A program made the translations under genes and the position numbers. The notes under the pieces were generated by a model that searched no databases, was not told the DNA's origin, and worked only from the letters and a program-made list of their open reading frames with translations. From assembly GCA_041662745.1 (NCBI GenBank), contig JBAZRV010000005.1, positions 1 through 32,000 of the forward strand: a stretch of DNA of 32,000 bases. The letters run 5' to 3'. Source of the DNA: Patescibacteria group bacterium. Its GTDB lineage: Bacteria > Patescibacteriota > Patescibacteriia > 2-01-FULL-39-33. Every line of letters starts with the position of its first letter. The stretch's first letter is position 1. Shown in pieces: positions 15,531 to 22,749 of the stretch.

Positions 15531-16880
15531 ATGAATGAAAATTCAAACCAAGCCCCAACGGGCTTAAAAATCGTGGAAGTTCCGATCACTGAGCTTCATG
15601 CTTCCGAGTATAACGCTCGGAAGCATTCCAAAGAACAGGCTAATCAGCTCAGGGAGTCGATTGAGCGATTCGGGTTAGTCGATCCGATTATCTGCAATAA
15701 TGCTCCAGAAAGGCAAAATATCGTCATTGGAGGCCACTTCAGGCTTGAGGTAGCCAAAGATCTCGGCTATGCCGAAGTTCCAGTCGTCTACGTTAATATC
15801 CCCAACATTGAGAAGGAAAAGGAATTGAATTTGCGTTTAAACAAGAACACCGGCGAATTCGATTTGGATCTGCTCGCTCAATTCGATGAATCCTTTCTGG
15901 CTGACATCGGGTTTGATAGCGAGGAATTGGATCAAATCTTCCCGACTGAAGAAAATATTGAAATGTTCGATTTGAAGAAAGAACTGGACAAATTAGGCAT
16001 TGGCGAGATTAAAGTCCAGAAAGGCGATATTTATGAGCTGAACGGTTCGAGGCTAATGTGCGGAGATTCCACTCTAGAAGCCGATGTGCTTGCGCTAATG
16101 GGCGATGAAAAAGCCACGATGTGCCTCACAGATCCGCCGTATATTTTAGATTATTTGAAAGGCAAGACAAAAAATCAAGATGGCATTACCGAAGGCTTTG
16201 GCGCTAAGAAAAATCGAGTGTATATCGGAACCGAGGTCTTGCCCGATAATTTCACGGAATTATGGATGAATAACGTCGCAAAAATTCAAAAGCCTGATTT
16301 TTCCATTATCGTTTTTGAGAATCCCAAAAACCTCAGGATAATCTGGAATGAACTCGAGAAGCACTGGAAATACCGCAATACGATTGTCTGGCATCTGCCG
16401 AACCGAGTCCAGGGATTTTCTTCCAAGTACAAGTTTTTCAATAAATCAGACATTGCTTTAGTCGGCACTGGCGGTGAAGTGGAATTGAATTTAGAAGACG
16501 AAACAGAGGAATTGTTCCAGCAGGAATACGAGAATGCCATCTATGCGACCTCAGGCAAGCCTCATTGGGAATCTTACGAAGCTGGCAAGAAAATCTGTCC
16601 GACTGATTTCATTGAGTTTAAAGCGGCTGATGAGAAGTCCTCTGGGCAAGGCATCATCTTCGGCACCAAGCCGATTGAGATCCTTATTCCCTACATCAAA
16701 GTTTTGACCAAACGAGGTGATTTGATTGTTGAAGTCTATGGTGGAAGCGGCAGTACCCTTATCGCGGCCATTAAGATGAACCGTCGCTGTTACCTGATGG
16801 AGAAACAGCCGATTTATGCCGAGGTCATCTTGAACCGCTGGGAAAGAGAAACTGGCAAGAAGCCAGTGAAGATTAACTAG
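15531..16880 (+). CDS. ParB-like nuclease domain fused to an N6-adenine/N4-cytosine DNA methyltransferase (beta class)
   Basis: The N-terminus (YNARKHSKEQANQLRESIERFGLVDPII...GGHFRLEVAK) is a ParB/Srx-type domain. DPPY (16131-16142) precedes the SAM-binding EVYGGSGSTLIAA, which is the order seen in beta-class N6_N4 MTases. No partner nuclease is obvious. Confidence 0.8.
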   Translation: MNENSNQAPTGLKIVEVPITELHASEYNARKHSKEQANQLRESIERFGLVDPIICNNAPERQNIVIGGHFRLEVAKDLGYAEVPVVYVNIPNIEKEKELNLRLNKNTGEFDLDLLAQFDESFLADIGFDSEELDQIFPTEENIEMFDLKKELDKLGIGEIKVQKGDIYELNGSRLMCGDSTLEADVLALMGDEKATMCLTDPPYILDYLKGKTKNQDGITEGFGAKKNRVYIGTEVLPDNFTELWMNNVAKIQKPDFSIIVFENPKNLRIIWNELEKHWKYRNTIVWHLPNRVQGFSSKYKFFNKSDIALVGTGGEVELNLEDETEELFQQEYENAIYATSGKPHWESYEAGKKICPTDFIEFKAADEKSSGQGIIFGTKPIEILIPYIKVLTKRGDLIVEVYGGSGSTLIAAIKMNRRCYLMEKQPIYAEVILNRWERETGKKPVKIN

Positions 16881-16896
16881 CACCTTTGTTAAACGT

Positions 16897-17481
16897 ATGA
16901 TTAAGAGTCCCACCAAAAAAAAGTTGCTCGCTGAATTGGAAAAAAACGGCAATGTCACCATTGCCTGTTTAAAGTCCGGAGTCAACCGAGCGACTTTCTA
17001 CCGGTGGAAGCAAGAGAGTAATGAGTTCAAGGAGAGAGCGGAACAAGCTGAACTATCCGGACGAGAAAATAACTGCGATATTGCCGAACAATCTTTGATG
17101 TTGAAAATCAAAGATAAAGATTTAGGAGCGATTAAATACCTGTTAAGCCATAACTCTCCAAGATATAAAGGCAAGGAAACTAGCATGGCGGTGATTATCC
17201 ACAAGAAGGAAATGCCTGAATCAGAATTTATTAGCATAGAGCAACCTGAAGTATATAATAGAGTTTGTCATGAATATGCAATTGAGCTTCAAGAAAAATA
17301 TAAGTATTTGGGAGAAAAATTACCAAACAAACCCAATGGATTACCGATAGAACTTGATGAACTGCCTCTTTATGAAACATACATTGAAGATTGGAAAGAA
17401 GAAAGAAGAAAGGAAAGGGTCGCAGCAGGACTGGAGCATGAACGACAGGTTATGCCATGGATCGCGCAGAAGGAAGATTAA
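16897..17481 (+). CDS. HTH protein, phage terminase-small-subunit-like
   Basis: NVTIACLKSGVNRATFYRWKQESNEFKERAEQAE is a typical N-terminal HTH of small-terminase / phage HTH proteins. The C-terminal half is acidic and helical. Confidence 0.5.
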   Translation: MIKSPTKKKLLAELEKNGNVTIACLKSGVNRATFYRWKQESNEFKERAEQAELSGRENNCDIAEQSLMLKIKDKDLGAIKYLLSHNSPRYKGKETSMAVIIHKKEMPESEFISIEQPEVYNRVCHEYAIELQEKYKYLGEKLPNKPNGLPIELDELPLYETYIEDWKEERRKERVAAGLEHERQVMPWIAQKED

Positions 17482-17484
17482 TGA

Positions 17485-18567
17485 TTATTCCAAATGGGTG
17501 CTGGCTTTTATAACCAGCAATATGTCATCGTAATTTTGCAAAAATTCCTGCGGTTCTATTTTGTAAGTATTTTCCAATAATTCATCTGCTGTCGGTTTAA
17601 GCTTTGATTTGGATATTTCGTTATAAAAAGCATTGAAATATTTGTCAAACACTTCTTTATCGGTATGATTCTTGAGCCAGCCGAATTTAATCAAAAATGT
17701 GCCGTCGGAATAGATTGAGAATGGCGAAATAGTCGAACTAAGCTTTTTGATTATTGGCGCAAACGAACCATTGGCATTACCAGTACCCCATTTTATCTTG
17801 TCAGTATTCGCTTTGAGATATTCATAAAGCTTAAATACTTTCTCTGCTTCCGCACCTAATTTTTCTTTCGCTTGAATAAAAAAACTTTCTTCATCCCAGA
17901 TTCTCCTTTGGTTAATAGTAGAAACAGACATGCCCTTTTTTACCTCTACGCCAAACAACTTGGGAATCATTATCTCGTACTGCTCGTACTTGTAATATTC
18001 CATTTGAACGGCATAGATATCGAAATGGCTATTCTGGTTGATATAGACAATCAGGTCTTTCAACCTGTCTTCAATCGAATCCATCAGAATAACGAATTTG
18101 ATATTGCCTTGCTGGAGGTTATTTTTAATGGCTTCCAGCATGTCAACTACCTGCTCATCGTCAATATTAAAAAATGCCTTGGCTTTCTCTTCAAAACTGA
18201 CTTTAAATTTATTACTAACCTCACTATTTATCTTAGCGATGAATTCGCTAAAGTCGCTATGGCGCCAAAGCGAAGCTCCGTAATCAAGGGCTTGGGCCAC
18301 GACTGTTCTTTTGTCGGGATTCTTGTAAAGCTTAGTTTCCACGACATAGATGTCGCCATCCTTGTCGATAGCCAAAGCATCGATGGGGCCAGACTCGGTC
18401 GAGAATTCCCTGGCGACAACAAATAGCTTCTTGTCTTCTTCGATTTCATAGACAGGAATGGACTCGGGGTTCTCATGGATATAATTCTGCAAATAGCCTT
18501 CTTTCTCAAAGATAGACTTATCAATCCTCTGAGCCTTTTTGCCGTCTTGAGAAATAATTATGGACAT
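17485..18567 (-). CDS. PD-(D/E)xK nuclease-fold protein (NucS/DUF91-like N-terminal domain) with an uncharacterised C-terminal domain
   Basis: GPIDALAIDKDGDIYVVETKLYKNPDKRTVVAQALDYGASLW contains the D...D-x(n)-E-x-K arrangement of NucS-like endonucleases. Confidence 0.55.
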   Translation of the reverse strand: MSIIISQDGKKAQRIDKSIFEKEGYLQNYIHENPESIPVYEIEEDKKLFVVAREFSTESGPIDALAIDKDGDIYVVETKLYKNPDKRTVVAQALDYGASLWRHSDFSEFIAKINSEVSNKFKVSFEEKAKAFFNIDDEQVVDMLEAIKNNLQQGNIKFVILMDSIEDRLKDLIVYINQNSHFDIYAVQMEYYKYEQYEIMIPKLFGVEVKKGMSVSTINQRRIWDEESFFIQAKEKLGAEAEKVFKLYEYLKANTDKIKWGTGNANGSFAPIIKKLSSTISPFSIYSDGTFLIKFGWLKNHTDKEVFDKYFNAFYNEISKSKLKPTADELLENTYKIEPQEFLQNYDDILLVIKASTHLE

Positions 18568-18571
18568 AGGA

Positions 18572-18901
18572 TTATGATTGGCCTACCTTAATACGGGATT
18601 GGATAAAGTCGCTATATAGCTTTTGACCCTCAGGATCGCCTGAAGCGACTACCCCGTCTTTGTTAAGTAGGATGGTTAAATTCAGTGTCTTGGCCGGCTT
18701 ATTGGCAAAATACAGATAAAGGATGCCGGGGATAATAGCGCAACATAATAGCAATAAGGCTAAGAGGCAGCTGCCTTTCTTGGCAGGAATCTGCTTCTGG
18801 TAATTGACCACTTTGTCAGAGTGGCTGATTAGAAGCCAGCCTGAGCCGTTAACGGCCATATAGTCGATGAAGTCATTTAATACTTCGTTTGATTCGCTCA
18901 T
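18572..18901 (-). CDS. small membrane protein, function unknown
   Basis: 109 aa with a central hydrophobic helix (CLLALLLLCCAIIPGILYLYF). It lies 4 nt upstream of the nuclease-fold gene on the same strand. Confidence 0.45.
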   Translation of the reverse strand: MSESNEVLNDFIDYMAVNGSGWLLISHSDKVVNYQKQIPAKKGSCLLALLLLCCAIIPGILYLYFANKPAKTLNLTILLNKDGVVASGDPEGQKLYSDFIQSRIKVGQS

Positions 18902-18982
18902 AGAGTTTTTGGGTTAATAATAAAGCCAGCTAAGTGGTTTTAGCTGGCTTGAGAGAATTTGCATAAACACAAAGCCCCACGC

Positions 18983-19110
18983 CAGCTGAGCCTTACGGCC
19001 CCATACCCGTTTCCAGGCATGACCCAACAAAGAGTCGCTGATCGTGGGGATCAGTATCTTTGTTGGGTATTTTGAGCCATGCCCGCCAAATGACGGGTTT
19101 AGGCTCTGCT
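18983..19110. other. ~130-nt nested imperfect hairpin (candidate structured RNA or recombination site) between the nuclease operon and the recombinase gene
   Basis: There are five concentric complementary pairs. GAGCCT (18988-18993) pairs with AGGCTC (19101-19106). ACCCGT (19005-19010) pairs with ACGGGT (19092-19097). GGCATG (19016-19021) pairs with CATGCC (19078-19083). CCCAACAAAGA (19023-19033) pairs with TCTTTGTTGGG (19056-19066). CTGATC (19038-19043) pairs with GATCAG (19049-19054). Confidence 0.5.
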
Positions 19111-19286
19111 TTCGCTATAAATTGTACTTTTATTGTACTATAAAAGGTTCGACTTTGTCCACCATACTAGCTTAAATAACAGAATCCGCGAAGTCGAGTT
19201 ATCAACAGGTTGCCTACTGCCGGGGTCTGGACTCCCAGCCGCCAGTCCGGCATCATGTCCCTTACATAAGAAATAACTTCAAATTT

Positions 19287-20612
19287 ATGGGACTAATAAG
19301 TGACAAGGAAATGGCGGTTTTAGGGCATACCAGGACGTTTGAGGCGGTCTTACCGGTAAAGTACTGTCTTTATGCGAGAAAGTCGACCGAGGACGACGAG
19401 AGGCAGGCTTTGAGCATCGAATCTCAGGTTAAAGAGATGCTGGAGCAAGCCCAAAAAGACAAACTGAATATTGCGGAAATAAAGAGAGAATCCCACTCAG
19501 CCAAAGACTCAGGTGAAAGGCCAGTATTCAATAAACTGATGAGGGAGATTAAGGAGGGAAAATTCGACGGCATCCTGACCTGGGCTCCAGATAGATTGAG
19601 CCGTAACGCTGGCGACTTGGGCAGTATCGTCGATTTGATGGACAGAGGCATGATCAAGGAGATAAGAACGCACGGCCAAACATTCATCAACTCCCCTAAT
19701 GAGAAATTCCTGCTGATGATTCTGTGTTCCCAAGCCAAATTAGAAAATGATAATAAGGGCGAGAATGTTAAAAGAGGATTGAGAGCCAAAGTGGAAATGG
19801 GCTGGAGGCCGGGCATGCCACCGCTCGGTTATCTTCACGACAAGAATGGCGACAAAGGCAAAAGAAGAGCTTTTACTGATCCCAAAAGAGCGCCGATCAT
19901 GAAGCAATTGTTTGATAAAGTTGCCTATGAGGGCTGGAGCGGTCGAGCCATATTCAAATGGCTCGATGAAATGGATTTCAGAACTAGATCGGGCAAGAAG
20001 ATGACCTTAAGCTCAATCTACCTCGTACTCAAAAATACTTACTACTATGGCTACTTTGAATATCCAGTGGGCAGCGGCAATTGGTATAAAGGCGGACACG
20101 AGCCGATTATAACAAAAGAAACTTTCGATGAAGCTCAAATACAACTCACGGTAGCGCCAAAATCCAAACCAGGCACCAAAGAATTCAGCTTCACTAAAAT
20201 GATAAAATGCGGAGCTTGCGGATCAGGTGTAACGGCAGAAGAGAAATACAAAAAACTGAGCGATGGCTCAGTCAAAAAATATATCTATTACCACTGCAGC
20301 AGATTCAATGATCTTAAATGCAAAGAATCCTACATCAGGGAAGAAAACTTAACTATTCAGCTAGTCAAATTAATAGATAAAATCGACATTAATCTTTTGA
20401 AAACCCAAAAGAGAATTAAGGATGAGATAGACCGCTATCAAAAATTCACTAAAAATATCCTAGGTGTAGATAACAAAATAAAGATGCCGGAGATAAATAT
20501 GAAAGACTATGCCAGATATGTTTTGACGGATGGCACTAGAGAAGAAAAAAGAGAACTGCTTAATTGCCTGGATTCTGAATTAAAATTGATGGGGCAGAAG
20601 ATTTATATTTAA
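19287..20612 (+). CDS. large serine recombinase (resolvase domain + recombinase domain + zinc ribbon)
   Basis: CLYARKSTEDDERQALSIESQ contains the Y-x-R-x-S-T nucleophile motif (Ser codon 19383-19385). ILTWAPDRLSRN is present. The zinc ribbon is CGACGSG...YYHCSRFNDLKC. Confidence 0.85.
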   Translation: MGLISDKEMAVLGHTRTFEAVLPVKYCLYARKSTEDDERQALSIESQVKEMLEQAQKDKLNIAEIKRESHSAKDSGERPVFNKLMREIKEGKFDGILTWAPDRLSRNAGDLGSIVDLMDRGMIKEIRTHGQTFINSPNEKFLLMILCSQAKLENDNKGENVKRGLRAKVEMGWRPGMPPLGYLHDKNGDKGKRRAFTDPKRAPIMKQLFDKVAYEGWSGRAIFKWLDEMDFRTRSGKKMTLSSIYLVLKNTYYYGYFEYPVGSGNWYKGGHEPIITKETFDEAQIQLTVAPKSKPGTKEFSFTKMIKCGACGSGVTAEEKYKKLSDGSVKKYIYYHCSRFNDLKCKESYIREENLTIQLVKLIDKIDINLLKTQKRIKDEIDRYQKFTKNILGVDNKIKMPEINMKDYARYVLTDGTREEKRELLNCLDSELKLMGQKIYI

Positions 20613-20699
20613 CGCATAATTGCAATATCTCATTCCAATTAATAATACATCTGGTTAATATATTGCCACAGGTAGCGCTGAAAATCTTAAAAAGCTAAA

Positions 20700-22169
20700 T
20701 TATGACGCTTTTAAAAAAATATATGTATTCCTCAATGCAGGAAAAATTCTTAACAGCTTATTAGAATTTTTGTCAAAATCAGGCAAATTTTTAATTGCAA
20801 TCAAAAAATACCTAGCAATTTTCTCTTCGTTAGAGAATAATTGATAAAAATCATTTTTTATGGACATCTTTGAACCATAAGAGCCAAACTTAGCAATAAA
20901 AATTAAATAATATCCAATAAACATAAAATTAGATGTGCCATAAACCTTTTCCTTTTCTAATGACAAAACTAATTCCATGTCAATTTCATTTGCTTTTAAT
21001 AATGCTCTTAAAATAAAAATTTTCTGGTATAAGTAAGGCGACGATTTCAGAACGCTTATTAATAATCGTTGAATATCAACCCTATCTATGTAATCCTCTA
21101 GATAATAACAAATTTCTTTTGAGTAGCATGGATCGAAAAGATTATTTTTTAAAATGCTTTCCAACGGGTGGCTTAAATGTAATCTTTTGAATTTATAGAT
21201 GCAAAACTTAAAAACGGTCTTATTAATTTTGTCAACTGCTCTATTTATTACAGCATCGTCCCACATTTCTTTCAGTTGATCATCAACGAAATCGCAATTA
21301 TCATCATCAAAATCGGACATTAAATAATTAACAAAATCCATAGTGTCAGAATAATTATTTTTATTGGTTGTATGTTTCGAATAATTAATTATCTCAGTTT
21401 TACCGCCATTGAGATGCAGATTTAATGGCCTCAGTAATTCCGTCAATTTGCTTAATGCCCTTCTAACGCCGATTTCATCATCCGAAAATACCCTTATATC
21501 ATCCACAAATCTATAATAATTAAATCCAGACTCGATCATGGACTGATCAACCTCGTATAAATATACATTTGCCAAAAATGAAGCACAATCATTGCCCTGG
21601 CATAATCCAATCTCATCTTCACACCAAGTATTTAAAAGATGGCTTAACTTATCTGAGATTTCTTTTTCTGTTCCTAAATATTTTAATATCTCGATGATTT
21701 TTTTGATTTTGATATGTTCAAAAAATGCGTTGATATCGGTTTTTAAAAGAAACCCATTCGGATTATTAATAAAATTATCATTTGATTTCTTTATAAAACT
21801 TTTCCAACTTTCAATATTTTCATTCCTATTCAAAAAATAATTTTTCTTTTTTGATATCCTATAACCGAAACTGATTTGGCTTGAAACTAGCAACTTATCA
21901 ATATCTTTGCTAAATCTGTTTAGTATTAATTGAAAATACAACCTATCTAGGATAGAAATGAAATATCCTGGCCTCAATATTAAATTCGGCTTCGGTATGT
22001 CTAATATCAATAAGCTATGAGGAGTATAATTATCAAAATCAATTTCATAAAAAATTGATGGATTATTAATATAATCACGATAATTAATGACATCAGGCCA
22101 AAAATCATCGTTTTCATCCTTACTGATATTGCTTACGGCTACATTAATTTCTTCCCTAGTGAAATTCAT
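20700..22169 (-). CDS. stand-alone reverse transcriptase of the Abi/UG (defence-associated) type with a helical C-terminal domain
   Basis: RT motifs appear in the expected order: IPKPNLILRPGYFISILDRLYFQLI (1), LKTDINAFFEHI (2/A), GLCQGNDCASFLANVYLYEVD (4/B), YYRFVDDIRVFS (5/C, with FVDD at 21498-21509), LHLNGGKTEI (6/D). About 230 aa of helical repeat-like sequence follow. There are no endonuclease, maturase or Cas domains. Confidence 0.8.
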   Translation of the reverse strand: MNFTREEINVAVSNISKDENDDFWPDVINYRDYINNPSIFYEIDFDNYTPHSLLILDIPKPNLILRPGYFISILDRLYFQLILNRFSKDIDKLLVSSQISFGYRISKKKNYFLNRNENIESWKSFIKKSNDNFINNPNGFLLKTDINAFFEHIKIKKIIEILKYLGTEKEISDKLSHLLNTWCEDEIGLCQGNDCASFLANVYLYEVDQSMIESGFNYYRFVDDIRVFSDDEIGVRRALSKLTELLRPLNLHLNGGKTEIINYSKHTTNKNNYSDTMDFVNYLMSDFDDDNCDFVDDQLKEMWDDAVINRAVDKINKTVFKFCIYKFKRLHLSHPLESILKNNLFDPCYSKEICYYLEDYIDRVDIQRLLISVLKSSPYLYQKIFILRALLKANEIDMELVLSLEKEKVYGTSNFMFIGYYLIFIAKFGSYGSKMSIKNDFYQLFSNEEKIARYFLIAIKNLPDFDKNSNKLLRIFPALRNTYIFLKAS

Positions 22170-22234
22170 ATAAACATATTCATTAAAACTGACTAATCCT
22201 TATGATTATTCATCTTAAATTTTCGAACATACAA

Positions 22235-22651
22235 TTACAATTTCGATACTAGCTTATTTTCGATTTTAGACATAGACTTATTAAAATTTCTTTGAGTTAA
22301 TTGGTGTTCCCAAATCCTCAGAACCTTCCATCCCATTCTTTTTAATTTTCTTCTATTCTTAACATCCCGATGAATATTAGCTTCAATTTTAGCGCGCCAA
22401 TACTTCTTTGGCAAGCGTTTTTTCGTATTGCTAAAATTGTAACCGTGCCAAAAATCGCCATCAATAAACACGGCGATTTTTTTGCGTGGCAGGGCGATAT
22501 CCGGCTTGCCCGGCGCCCTTTTATAATGCTTTTGGAAATATACGCCTCTTTTCCTTAATTCACCGAAAACTAAAAGCTCCACTTTGGTGTTCTTGCCCCT
22601 GATCTTAGACATTATCTCGCTTCTTTTCTCTTTTGAAAACACGTCTGCCAT
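22235..22651 (-). CDS. vsr: very-short-patch repair endonuclease
   Basis: MADVFSKEKRSEIMSKIRGKNTKVEL...GKPDIALPRKKIAVFIDGDFWHG...GWKVLRIWEHQL closely parallels E. coli Vsr (MADVHDKATRSKNMRAI...GRPDFVV...IFTHGCFWH...GWRVLIVWEC). Confidence 0.9.
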   Translation of the reverse strand: MADVFSKEKRSEIMSKIRGKNTKVELLVFGELRKRGVYFQKHYKRAPGKPDIALPRKKIAVFIDGDFWHGYNFSNTKKRLPKKYWRAKIEANIHRDVKNRRKLKRMGWKVLRIWEHQLTQRNFNKSMSKIENKLVSKL

Positions 22652-22690
22652 AATTCACTGTTGGGATTATTTTCTATTCATTTTCTAATA

Positions 22691-22699
22691 TGATATAAT
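22691..22699 (+). promoter_or_regulatory. extended -10 promoter for the LexA-methyltransferase gene
   Basis: TGATATAAT (TGnTATAAT) with only a weak -35 (TTTCTA, 22671-22676). It lies 50 nt upstream of the ATG at 22750. Confidence 0.5.
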
Positions 22700-22710
22700 A
22701 TTGTCATACA

Positions 22711-22726
22711 TGTGGATAACTCCACA
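22711..22726. promoter_or_regulatory. 16-bp perfect palindrome, candidate operator
   Basis: TGTGGA-TAAC-TCCACA lies between the -10 element and the start codon, inside the 98-bp divergent region shared with vsr. Its left half plus spacer (TGTGGATAA) is also a perfect DnaA-box 9-mer. Confidence 0.45.
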
Positions 22727-22749
22727 GGAATAAAAAATAACTAGAAAAT

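Noticed and set aside
18983-19110. Reading the long hairpin as an IS110-type bridge RNA or an IscB/TnpB-type guide RNA.
   Set aside because: The adjacent recombinase is a serine (resolvase-family) enzyme, not a DEDD/RuvC-type IS110 transposase or a TnpB/IscB nuclease. The hairpin is kept as an unexplained structure only.
20613-22234. A retron or DRT2/DRT9-style ncRNA partner for the reverse transcriptase.
   Set aside because: Only 87 nt (downstream) and 65 nt (upstream) of intergenic sequence flank the RT, and I saw no long inverted repeats there. The distant structured regions (14.9 kb and 19.0 kb) are separated from it by other genes and are on unrelated transcription units.
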